NCBI GenBank assembly: GCA_001784175.1
Contig: MFPR01000041.1
Coordinates: 1-64,000, forward strand
Length of the DNA: 64,000 nucleotides
Source: Candidatus Lindowbacteria bacterium RIFCSPLOWO2_12_FULL_62_27
Lineage (GTDB): Bacteria; Lindowbacteria; 2-12-FULL-62-27
Direction: 5' to 3'
Under the pieces are notes generated by a model. That model was not told where the DNA came from. It ran no database searches and worked only from the letters and a program-made list of their open reading frames with translations. The position numbers and the translations under genes are program-made. This document shows positions 46,440-54,603 of the stretch, piece by piece (the first letter of the stretch is position 1; every line of letters begins with the position of its first letter).

Positions 46440-47611
46440 TCGATGGCTTTGGTGGCGAGCCGGTAGTAGGCGAGGGCGGTTTCGAGGTCGCCCGATTCCT
46501 CCCAGTATTCGCCGAGCCGGAAATAGAATTCGTACAGATGGGGACTGCCGCTCTTTTCGATCGCCGCTTTCAGGCCCGTCAGATAGTCCATCGCTGCCTT
46601 CACGCCCTTCATCCGCCGCATGTCGGCGGCCCGGCCGAGCGCCGATTTCACCGCATCGTTTTCGGATTGGAGATTTTGGATTTTGGATTTTGGATTTTGG
46701 ATTTCAGGCTGAACCTTAGAGTGAACTTCGGAGGAAACATGGCCGGAGGACTGGGCGGACAGGAAATCCTGCACGGACCGGCGGCCGATGACGTTGCCGT
46801 TCGACGGATCGATCTGATAGGCGTATTCGTCGGAAAGAACATGGAACCCGTTCGGCGACAGGTAGGGCGTGCCCGCGATCGGGAAGGTCGTCTTCACCTT
46901 GCCGGCGGGGTCGATCACCGCCGCCTCGCGCCTCAAGGCGTCATAGCCCATCCGAAGACCACCGGGGAGTTCGTAGTAGAAGGTGTAGGAGGGCGGGACA
47001 TTGGGGACGTTGGTCGACGGAGGCTCGATGCGGGGCGCGGGCTGCGGGATGCTTGAGACCGGAGGCTCGATCCTCTGCGGGGCCGCCTCCGGCCGGGGGC
47101 CTGTGGCCTCCCGGGCCGTAACGCCGGACATGTTCGACAACGCGGAAAACACAGCCTGGAATTCGGAGTCGACGACTTCGAATCGCGATTCGGGCGAACT
47201 CATGACCAGAACGTAAATGTCGCCGTCGAGGACGAAGTCGTAGGAACGGATTTTGAAGGGCAGTTCGCCGTAGGCGCCCAGTTTTGTGTAGAGTCCGCCG
47301 CTCGTGGGCCCGAAGCGGGGATCATAGCGGGTATCGGCGGTGATGGGCATCCAGCCGAGGTCGGCGCGCAGGCCGGAGAGGAATTGGTCGGCCGACATCG
47401 CGCCGGGCTTGTATCGCCACATCGACAGGGTGGCCGTCCGGTCTTGGGCCAGATTGGCCTTGATCAGCTCCGGCCCCGGCTCCTCCACCACGGTCCACCT
47501 GTCGGACAGATTGACGACCAGCGGCCCGCGCACGAAGTCCCGCGCGTCCGCATCTCCACCGGCCATGAGCAACAGGCAACAGGCCATTCCCGCCAACACC
47601 CTGCTAAACAT
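46436..47611 (-). CDS. Hypothetical exported protein with Pro-rich linker and C-terminal TPR-like helix pair
   Basis: Signal-peptide-like N-terminus, RIEPP twice, a heptamer-derived insert. Start uncertain; the ORF-track start 47701 lies in a repeat. Confidence 0.6.
   Translation of the reverse strand: MFSRVLAGMACCLLLMAGGDADARDFVRGPLVVNLSDRWTVVEEPGPELIKANLAQDRTATLSMWRYKPGAMSADQFLSGLRADLGWMPITADTRYDPRFGPTSGGLYTKLGAYGELPFKIRSYDFVLDGDIYVLVMSSPESRFEVVDSEFQAVFSALSNMSGVTAREATGPRPEAAPQRIEPPVSSIPQPAPRIEPPSTNVPNVPPSYTFYYELPGGLRMGYDALRREAAVIDPAGKVKTTFPIAGTPYLSPNGFHVLSDEYAYQIDPSNGNVIGRRSVQDFLSAQSSGHVSSEVHSKVQPEIQNPKSKIQNLQSENDAVKSALGRAADMRRMKGVKAAMDYLTGLKAAIEKSGSPHLYEFYFRLGEYWEESGDLETALAYYRLATKAID
46665..46705. 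repeat. Heptamer tandem repeat (GATTTTG)n in coding sequence
   Basis: Encodes IQNPKSKIQNLQS. Confidence 0.85.
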
Positions 47612-47666
47612 TGATTGTGATATAAACATAGAGGCCAGCCCGTGAAAAGAGGAAACTATCCCTTCC

Positions 47667-47698
47667 TCCCCCCTTGAAAAGGGGGGATTGAGGGGGGT
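47667..47698. repeat. Palindromic repeat family 2, downstream of Uma2 copy 1
   Basis: ccccccttgaaaaggggggattgaggggggt, same as at 48449-48480. Confidence 0.85.
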
Positions 47699-47726
47699 CA
47701 CCGTCTTTCACTGACCTCTTTCCGAC

Positions 47727-48284
47727 TCAGCGTTTGAAGAAATCCGAAGTATCCGGGGAAAAATCCGGCAAGAGCGGGGACTTCAGTTTTTCGCCGGGAG
47801 TGAAAATCTTGTGTGTGTCGAAGGCGGATTTGCCGACGACGCAGACCTCGGCCGTTTTGGCGAAAGGATCGACGATCCAGTATTCCCGGACGCCGTATTT
47901 GTAATATACCCGGCGTTTGATGACGCGGTCCTTTTCGCCGCTCGATGGCGAAATCACCTCGACGACGAGGTCGGGCGGGCCGACAATGCCGCGGTCTTCG
48001 ATCACGGCCTCTCGTTCCTGTGCCACAAATAGAATGTCGGGCACAAGGACGTTGATATTTGACAGGATCACATCCGTGGGACCGAACAGGACACGCCCCA
48101 GGCGCCTTTCTTGAACATACGGATCGAGCAATCTGAAGACGTTTGAGCATACGATCTGATGCAACGTTCTTGGAGAGGGTGTCATTTCCAGATCTCCTTC
48201 GATGAGCTCATACCGCTGGTCTTCGGGGGTGAGCAGATAATCCTCGTAGGTCAAATCCATCGGACGTCTGATGGCCTGTTCCAT
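47727..48284 (-). CDS. Uma2/DUF820 family PD-(D/E)xK endonuclease, copy 1
   Basis: TYEDY...RYELIEG, P...HQ, VPDILFV, PDLVVEVISPS, K...Y..YGVREYWIVDP; AGGAGG Shine-Dalgarno. Confidence 0.92.
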   Translation of the reverse strand: MEQAIRRPMDLTYEDYLLTPEDQRYELIEGDLEMTPSPRTLHQIVCSNVFRLLDPYVQERRLGRVLFGPTDVILSNINVLVPDILFVAQEREAVIEDRGIVGPPDLVVEVISPSSGEKDRVIKRRVYYKYGVREYWIVDPFAKTAEVCVVGKSAFDTHKIFTPGEKLKSPLLPDFSPDTSDFFKR

Positions 48285-48448
48285 GCGTCTTCCTCCTGAC
48301 AATCAGATTACCACATTCGCATCCCTCTCTCCAGAACAGGCATTATATCCTGCTGGTTTCAAAATAGATAGAGAACAACTTAACAACTTACGGTCTGGCG
48401 CCGGCGAGGCGCCGGCGAGGCGGCGCCGGTGAGTCTATTATCCCTTCA

Positions 48449-48480
48449 TCCCCCCTTGAAAAGGGGGGATTGAGGGGGGT
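48449..48480. repeat. Palindromic repeat family 2, downstream of Uma2 copy 2
   Basis: Same sequence as 47667-47698. Confidence 0.85.
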
Positions 48481-48517
48481 TACCGTCTTTCACTTCTTTC
48501 ACTGCCCCCTTTCCAAC

Positions 48518-49075
48518 TCATCGTTTGAAGAAATCCGAGACGGCGGGCGAAAAATCCGGCAGGAGCGGTGACCGGAGGCGTTCGTCGGCCGCGAAGATTT
48601 TGTGGGTGTCGAATCCCTGCGGGCCGACGACGCAGACCTCGGCCGTTTTGGCGAAAGGATCGACGATCCAGTATTCCCGGACGCCATATTTGTAATATAC
48701 CCGGCGTTTGATGACGCGGTCCTTTTCGCCGCTCGATGGCGAAATCACTTCGACGACGAGGTCCGGCGGCCCGACGATCCCGCGGTCTTCGACGATACCC
48801 TCCCGATCGCGAGCCACGAACAGGATGTCGGGGACAAGAACGTTGATGTTCGAGAGGATGACGTCCGTCGGGCCGAGATAGACGCGGCCGAGGTTTTTGG
48901 TTTTGATGTGACTCAGCAGCAATTCGTTGATGTTTTGAATCGTTTCCTGATGTCTGGTCCTTGGGGACGGGGTCATTTCCAGATCTCCTTCGATGAGCTC
49001 ATACCGCTGGTCTTCGGGGGTGAGCAGATAATCCTCGTAGGTTAAATCCATAGGACGTCTGATGGCCTGTTCCAT
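48518..49075 (-). CDS. Uma2/DUF820 family endonuclease, copy 2
   Basis: Near-identical to copy 1 over long stretches; AAAGGAGG Shine-Dalgarno and TGnTATAAT upstream. Confidence 0.92.
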   Translation of the reverse strand: MEQAIRRPMDLTYEDYLLTPEDQRYELIEGDLEMTPSPRTRHQETIQNINELLLSHIKTKNLGRVYLGPTDVILSNINVLVPDILFVARDREGIVEDRGIVGPPDLVVEVISPSSGEKDRVIKRRVYYKYGVREYWIVDPFAKTAEVCVVGPQGFDTHKIFAADERLRSPLLPDFSPAVSDFFKR

Positions 49076-49125
49076 GATCTCGCCTCCTTTGAATGAAATT
49101 ATATCACACTCCGACCCCTCCGGGA

Positions 49126-49161
49126 CAAAAAAAACCCGTCCGCCGGAGAGGCGGACGGGTG
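49126..49161 (-). terminator. Rho-independent terminator of the porin gene
   Basis: acccgtccgcc...ggcggacgggt hairpin followed by a T-run on the minus strand. Confidence 0.85.
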
Positions 49162-49189
49162 TTAAGTGCGAATCTAAGCTCGGATCAGA

Positions 49190-50482
49190 TTAGAACGACA
49201 CGCCGACGGACACGGTCAGTGCATCCGCGTCGCCGTTGACGGTGTCGACCGTGTTGGTCCCCTGCGAGAGGGCTGAACCATCCTCGTCGAAGGACGACCA
49301 CTCGGCCTTGACCATCGCGTTGTCCGCCAGCTTGTAACCGGCTGCGATCGTCCACAAGCTGGGCTCGCCCAGATTGTTGGAGTTCACGTAGTCCGGATCG
49401 ATCTGATTATAGCGGACCGCCACGTAGGAATTGTCGTCGAAGTTGTACCGACCCTGGGCGCCGAAGTAATCATACTCGCGGTTGTTGTTCCCGTTCGAGG
49501 TATCGGCATCGATGTTGCCCCAGAAGGCCAAGACATAACCCTGGCCGTAGTCGTACTTGCCGGCAAACTCCCAGACGTCGCGGTTGTAGCCGCCGGTCGC
49601 CCTGTTATTGTAGACCAGACCCGACAGGTTGCCGTTCATCGTGCCGCCAGGCGCCGTTCTGTTAATGTTGTTCTCCAAGAAGGCGCTTCCGATGTTCAGC
49701 GGATCCATATCGCCGTCCTGCCGCTGATCGCTGGTGTACCAGCTCGCCTGCAGCGTCAGGTTCTCCTGCAGACCGACCTCGGCGCGAATGGCCCACGCTA
49801 GATCGTCGTTGCTCTTGTTGTACTGGTGGGGCCCTGCAACTCCATCATTGGCCACACCCGCACCCGCGGGGTTACCATCGGTAACATCGCCGCCATTCAG
49901 GAGCGCAACCTCCCACGACAGCGGTGTGCTGGTCTGGCCCATGTCGAATGAACCCGACAGAGCAATTCCTTCGTCACCGCCGTTAATGTCCAGCAGGCTG
50001 TTGGTAACGAAGTCGTTCTTCATGTCATCCCCGTTGTTGGTGCGCATGCCGTACTCGTATCCGAAGGGGATGTCAATCGTTCCTACCTTGAGATCAAAGC
50101 CGCTTCCGAGCACATCCTTGACCGTCAGATAGGCGCGGAGCATTTCGACCGATTCACCCAAGCTGCCGTTGGTGCCGGCGCCGGGAAGGGCTGCACCGGT
50201 ACCGCCACGACCACCGCGCTGATTCTCGCTCGACCAGTCGTTGGCCGCCCAGAATTTGGCGGTCACGGAGATTTTGTCCGAGACGTCGCCGTTGACATAG
50301 AGATTGACCCGAGGGTCATTGAAATTGAGATCCTCATCTTGTGCGCCCGAGGTCGAGTCAAAATCGACGTCCTGCGCGCTGACGAGGGCTGCACCCGTAA
50401 TTTCGATCTTCGCTTCCGACAGTGTCGGGAGGGCGAAGACAAAAGCCACGAGAGCTGTGAATACAAGAAGACCTTTGTTCAT
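49190..50482 (-). CDS. Outer-membrane beta-barrel porin
   Basis: Signal peptide (..LSEA|K), amphipathic strands, LKVGTIDIPFG.E, C-terminal VSVGVSF BAM signal. Shine-Dalgarno AAGGGGGAG before ATG 50482. Confidence 0.85.
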   Translation of the reverse strand: MNKGLLVFTALVAFVFALPTLSEAKIEITGAALVSAQDVDFDSTSGAQDEDLNFNDPRVNLYVNGDVSDKISVTAKFWAANDWSSENQRGGRGGTGAALPGAGTNGSLGESVEMLRAYLTVKDVLGSGFDLKVGTIDIPFGYEYGMRTNNGDDMKNDFVTNSLLDINGGDEGIALSGSFDMGQTSTPLSWEVALLNGGDVTDGNPAGAGVANDGVAGPHQYNKSNDDLAWAIRAEVGLQENLTLQASWYTSDQRQDGDMDPLNIGSAFLENNINRTAPGGTMNGNLSGLVYNNRATGGYNRDVWEFAGKYDYGQGYVLAFWGNIDADTSNGNNNREYDYFGAQGRYNFDDNSYVAVRYNQIDPDYVNSNNLGEPSLWTIAAGYKLADNAMVKAEWSSFDEDGSALSQGTNTVDTVNGDADALTVSVGVSF

Positions 50483-50802
50483 GGAGTGAACTCCCCCTTT
50501 GCCGTTAAGGTCCAAAGTTTTCTAGCTTTCGAATCCGTGTCTATCACCAGTTTCGCGTTTGCTGCTACACTTGTGAGTCCTGTGCCGCCAAGCGGCGCCG
50601 AACCCCCTAAGGCCCTACTTCCGGGTTCATCCCAACCCCGGACCCATACCTCCCACCCCTCCCACCACAGCGCCTCGGGTCCGGCCCAATGGTTGTCTTG
50701 GACCGCCTGAAACGCTTCCACACACAGTAAAACAAGTTCACATGCTCACATCTATTCACCTGAGAAACAGCTCTCCAAACCGCCTCCACCCCGTGGCCGT
50801 AC

Positions 50803-50811
50803 TTATCCACA
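50803..50811 (+). promoter_or_regulatory. Perfect DnaA box TTATCCACA with degenerate same-orientation boxes to its left
   Basis: Exact consensus 9-mer in a long intergenic region. Confidence 0.5.
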
Positions 50812-50841
50812 GCGTTTTAGGCCGCTTGAAGATATTAGGGT

Positions 50842-50869
50842 AGTGTACCAAGATAAAAACGAATGTCAA
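50842..50869 (-). promoter_or_regulatory. Strong sigma70 promoter TTGACA-N16-TACACT (extended -10) facing the porin gene
   Basis: Near-consensus hexamers with an AT-rich UP-like tract upstream. Confidence 0.7.
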
Positions 50870-52083
50870 GCAAAATTTTTAAAATATTTGACCAGGCGGT
50901 CCAAGCCCCTTTCGATGTCCTTTTCGGACACGGCGTAGGAGAGGCGCAGGCAGGTGGGGGCGCCGAAGCCCACGCCGGAGACGACGGCGACCAGGCAGTC
51001 GGACAACAACGACAGGGACAGGTCGTCGGAGTTGCGGAAGGGAACCCCCCCCTGCCCCCCCTTGGTAAGGGGGGGTGTGGAGAGATAGGCGGACAAATCA
51101 GGGAAAACATAGAAGGCGCCCTCCGGTTTGGGGCAAACTACACCCCGGATGCCGGACAATAGAGATAAAATCAGGTCCCGGCGCTTTCGGAAGGCTTCCA
51201 CCATCGGCGTGACGTCCTGATCGCCCCGCCGGAGGGCCTCCAAGGCGGCCGCCTGGGCGATGGAGGTCGGGTTGGAGGTTTCGTGGCTCTGGATGCGGCC
51301 CATGGCGTCGATGATCTCTTTGGGGCCGGCCGCGTAGCCTATCCGCCAGCCGGTCATGGCGTAGGATTTGGATACACCGTTTACGGTGACGGTCCTATTA
51401 TATATGGAGAGGCCGAAGGCTGCGGGGCTGGCATGGGGAAGGCCGTAGATCAGTTTTTCGTAGATTTCGTCGGAAACGATCAGCATCCCGGCCTTGTCGG
51501 CGATCTCGGCCAGCTTCCGGAGATGGTCGGGCGGGTAGACGGCGCCGGTTGGGTTGGAAGGAGAGTTCAGGACCAAAACCTTTGTGAATTGTGAATTGTG
51601 ATTTGTGATTTGCGATTGCAACTTTTCCGGTGAAAGCAGAAACCCTTCCTGAGGAGTCGTTTCGATAAAGGCCGGGATGCCGCCCGCCAGTTTGACCTGT
51701 TCCGGGTAGCTCACCCAGTAGGGCGTCGGGATCAAGACCCGGTCGCCCGGGTCGAGGACGGCCTGGAAGAAGGTGTAGAGGACGTGTTTGGCGCCGCAGC
51801 CGATGATGACCTGGTCGGGGGCGTAGTCGAGGCCGTTGTCGCGCTTTAATTTTTCGCAGACGGCCTTGCGAAGCTCGACCGTGCCGGAGGCAGGCGTGTA
51901 TTTCGTCTGTCCCTTGCGGATGGCCGCGATCCCGGCCTCCTTGATGGGATCCGGCGTGTCAAAGTCAGGCTCGCCGGCCGTAAAAGAAACGAGGTCCTTG
52001 CCCTCGGCCTTGAGCGCCTTGGCGCGTGCGTCCATCGCAAGCGTTGGGGAGCCGGCGCAGGAACGGGCGCGCGCGGAAATCAC
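50866..52083 (-). CDS. aspC: Aspartate aminotransferase (class I PLP enzyme)
   Basis: GEPDFDTP, TKYT, GAKH, PYWVSYPE, NSPSNPTG, SDEIYE, NGVSKSYAMTGWRIGY, PEGAFY.FP, RLSYA. Confidence 0.93.
   Translation of the reverse strand: MISARARSCAGSPTLAMDARAKALKAEGKDLVSFTAGEPDFDTPDPIKEAGIAAIRKGQTKYTPASGTVELRKAVCEKLKRDNGLDYAPDQVIIGCGAKHVLYTFFQAVLDPGDRVLIPTPYWVSYPEQVKLAGGIPAFIETTPQEGFLLSPEKLQSQITNHNSQFTKVLVLNSPSNPTGAVYPPDHLRKLAEIADKAGMLIVSDEIYEKLIYGLPHASPAAFGLSIYNRTVTVNGVSKSYAMTGWRIGYAAGPKEIIDAMGRIQSHETSNPTSIAQAAALEALRRGDQDVTPMVEAFRKRRDLILSLLSGIRGVVCPKPEGAFYVFPDLSAYLSTPPLTKGGQGGVPFRNSDDLSLSLLSDCLVAVVSGVGFGAPTCLRLSYAVSEKDIERGLDRLVKYFKNFA
51044..51076. repeat. Palindromic repeat family 2 inside aspC
   Basis: Encodes PPLTKGGQGGV. 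Confidence 0.75.
51583..51620. repeat. Heptamer tandem repeat (GTGAATT/GTGATTT)n inside aspC
   Basis: Encodes LQSQITNHNSQFT. Confidence 0.8.
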
Positions 52084-52084
52084 A

Positions 52085-53059
52085 TCAAAATCCGGTGAGC
52101 AGAATTCCGGCGAAGGACCCCACGGTGGAGTTGTCCTTGAACTGGTCGACGGCCGAGCCGACTTTCTGGACGACGCGTTTGGTTTCGACGTAGAGCGCGT
52201 CGTCGTTGACGAGCTTGCCGAGCGTTCCCTGGCCCTTGTCGATCTTGGTGACGATGCTTTTGAGACCGGCCGTCGTTTCCTTCAAGCTGGTGCCGAGGTC
52301 GGCCCAGCCCTGGATGGCGTCGCCGATTTTGGTTTCGTTCTGCGCGACGATGGCGTCGAAGCGCTTGGAGGCCGCGTTCATATTTTTGGCGAAGTCCAGC
52401 GCCTGATTGTAGAGCTGGTCGTCCTTGAAGAGTTTCCCGACGGTCCCGCGGCCGGCGGCGGCCTCATCGGAGATTTTTTTCAGGTTGCCGAACGTTCCCT
52501 TCATGGCCGGGCCCATTTCGCCGAAGGTGTTGATGAAATCGGATATTCCATCCTTGTTTTTTTCCATGATGTCGCCGAGGTTGCCGAGGACGCGCTCCTG
52601 GTTCTTGTTGAGGTTGCGCACGAGAACCTGGACGTCGTCGGCGATGAGGTTGGCCTTGTGGACGATCTCGTCGAAATCGGACGTGCCGATGGACCGGATC
52701 TCGCCGCCGGATTTGACAGGCGTCGCGCCCGGGCTGCCAAACTCGATCGAGACGTACCGCCCCCCCATCAGGCTGTCCATGCGGACGGCCGCCCGGGCGT
52801 CCTCCTTGATGGATACGCCGCGCTCGATGCCCATCGCGACCACGACGTCCTGGTCCGCGACCTGAATAGATTTCACCTGGCCGACCTTGACCCCGCCGAC
52901 GGTGACGGGATCGCCGACAGAGAGGCCGTTGACGGCCGGGAACCGGCACAGGACCTCGGATTTTCCGCCGAGCGTGATGTGTTCCGCCTGGAGGGTCAGA
53001 ACGAGGAGGACAACGAGAGCGAGAATGAAAAACAGGCCGACTTTTTGTTCTGCAGTCAT
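52085..53059 (-). CDS. mlaD: MCE/MlaD-family protein with long helical extension
   Basis: KVGLF + TM, F..VNGL.VG.PV.VGGVKVG.V, LMGGRYV.I, GT.GKL..DD.LY repeats. Confidence 0.88.
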   Translation of the reverse strand: MTAEQKVGLFFILALVVLLVLTLQAEHITLGGKSEVLCRFPAVNGLSVGDPVTVGGVKVGQVKSIQVADQDVVVAMGIERGVSIKEDARAAVRMDSLMGGRYVSIEFGSPGATPVKSGGEIRSIGTSDFDEIVHKANLIADDVQVLVRNLNKNQERVLGNLGDIMEKNKDGISDFINTFGEMGPAMKGTFGNLKKISDEAAAGRGTVGKLFKDDQLYNQALDFAKNMNAASKRFDAIVAQNETKIGDAIQGWADLGTSLKETTAGLKSIVTKIDKGQGTLGKLVNDDALYVETKRVVQKVGSAVDQFKDNSTVGSFAGILLTGF

Positions 53060-53072
53060 GGCACGACTCCTA

Positions 53073-53813
53073 TCATTTTTTCCCGCGCTGTGTAAAGCGC
53101 CGGACGACCGGATTGTCGCTGCGGCGGCACTCGTCGGGCGTGCCGACGAAATGGAAGCGGCCTTCGTGGAGCATCGCGACGCGGTCGGCGAGCAGGAAGG
53201 CGCTGTCGAGGTCGTGGGTGACGATGAGGGAGGTGACGCCGATGTTACGCTTGAGTTCGAGGATGAGTCCGTCGACGCCCTCGGCGAGGATCGGGTCGAG
53301 GCCGACGGTCGGCTCGTCGTACAGGATGAGCTTCGGCTCGATCGCCAGCACGCGCGCGATCGCGACGCGTTTTTTCATTCCACCGGAAAGTTCGGCCGGC
53401 AGTTTCGACTCGGCGCCGTCAAGCCCGACGAGCGCGAGTTTTTCCTTGCAGCGCCGGACGATCTGGTCTTCCGGCATTTTGTGGCGCTCGCGAAGCGGGA
53501 GGGCGACGTTGTCGAGCGCGCTCAGCGAATTGAGGAGCGCGGATCCCTGGAAGACCATGCCGACATTTTCGCGGAGCACGTTGAGGTCGCGTTCGGCCAT
53601 GGCCGTGACTTCCGCGTCGCCCAGAAAAATCCGCCCGGAGGCCGGCCGCAGAAGGCCGATGAGATTTTTGAGCAGAACGCTCTTGCCGACGCCCGACGGC
53701 CCGATGATCACGAAGATTTCGCCTTCACGGACCTCCATGTCCAGCCCGTTGAGGACGCGCAGTCCGTTGAAATGGACGTGGAGGGCTTCGACGCGGATGA
53801 GGGGGGGCTTCAT
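53073..53813 (-). CDS. mlaF: MlaF-family ABC ATPase
   Basis: GPSGVGKS, FQGSALLNSL, ELSGGMKKRVAIAR, YDEPTVGLDP, VTHD. Confidence 0.92.
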   Translation of the reverse strand: MKPPLIRVEALHVHFNGLRVLNGLDMEVREGEIFVIIGPSGVGKSVLLKNLIGLLRPASGRIFLGDAEVTAMAERDLNVLRENVGMVFQGSALLNSLSALDNVALPLRERHKMPEDQIVRRCKEKLALVGLDGAESKLPAELSGGMKKRVAIARVLAIEPKLILYDEPTVGLDPILAEGVDGLILELKRNIGVTSLIVTHDLDSAFLLADRVAMLHEGRFHFVGTPDECRRSDNPVVRRFTQRGKK

Positions 53814-54584
53814 TCAATCAAAGTAGATGAGGAATCGCGTGATGAAATAGTCGCAGATCAGAATCGCGATCAGGGACGCCACCACCGCTCGCGTGGTGGC
53901 GCGGCCGACGCCGTCGGCGCCGCCGGAGGACGAAAGGCCCGCGCGGCAGGAGATCGCGCCGATCAGAAACCCGAACACGGTGCCTTTGACCACGCCGTTG
54001 AAGATTTCCTTGAAATTGACATTGGCGTACAGATTGTCCCAGTACGCGTGATACGAAATGCCGATGTAGGATTTGGCGATCAGCGCGCCGCCGCACATGC
54101 CGACCGCGTCGGCCAAGATCACGAGGAGCGGCAGGGCGATCAGGCACGCGAGAACCCGGGGGACCGCCAGAAACTCGACGGGATTGATGCCGAAGGACCG
54201 CAGGGCGTCGACTTCCTCGGACACGACCATCGTGCCGAGCGCGGTGGCCATCGCGGCGCCGGCGCGGGCGGCGAGGATGATGGCGGTGATGACCGGCCCG
54301 AGTTCCTTGACGATGGACAGGCCGACGAGCGCTCCGACCTTTTCCTCGATGCCGTATTTTTGGAGCTGATAGCCGGACTGGAGCGCGAGGACCATGCCGA
54401 CGAAAAACGAGAGGACCACGGTGATCGGGACGGTTTCGGCGCCGACAAACGAGACCTGGTCGACAAGCTGCCGCGGATGGCGCCGGAGTTTCGGCAGGAG
54501 GGCCACCGACTGGCCTCCGAGTTTGAGAATCTCGCCGGTCTGGCCGAACAACCCGAGCGCGAACCGGCCGGTGGCGGTCAGCAT
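53814..54584 (-). CDS. mlaE: MlaE-family ABC permease
   Basis: GMVLALQ, KELGPVITAI..A.R.G, LGTM.VSEEVDAL, GADGVGRATT.AVV. Confidence 0.93.
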   Translation of the reverse strand: MLTATGRFALGLFGQTGEILKLGGQSVALLPKLRRHPRQLVDQVSFVGAETVPITVVLSFFVGMVLALQSGYQLQKYGIEEKVGALVGLSIVKELGPVITAIILAARAGAAMATALGTMVVSEEVDALRSFGINPVEFLAVPRVLACLIALPLLVILADAVGMCGGALIAKSYIGISYHAYWDNLYANVNFKEIFNGVVKGTVFGFLIGAISCRAGLSSSGGADGVGRATTRAVVASLIAILICDYFITRFLIYFD

Positions 54585-54603
54585 GGGTGCGGGATACGGC
54601 GGC

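Noticed and set aside
39217-47701. ORF-track N-terminal extensions of ftsY, hisC, hisD and the 46.4-kb gene
   Set aside because: They overlap upstream genes or repeats; downstream starts fit the family N-termini better.
50630-50668. MraZ operator
   Set aside because: The TGGG repeats are spaced 9, 9 and 12 bp rather than 10, and no mraZ/dcw genes are adjacent.
50483-50700. c-di-GMP riboswitch, tmRNA or RNase P in the porin leader
   Set aside because: Only isolated words (GCAAAC, GAAA) match; the conserved cores of these RNAs were not found by eye.
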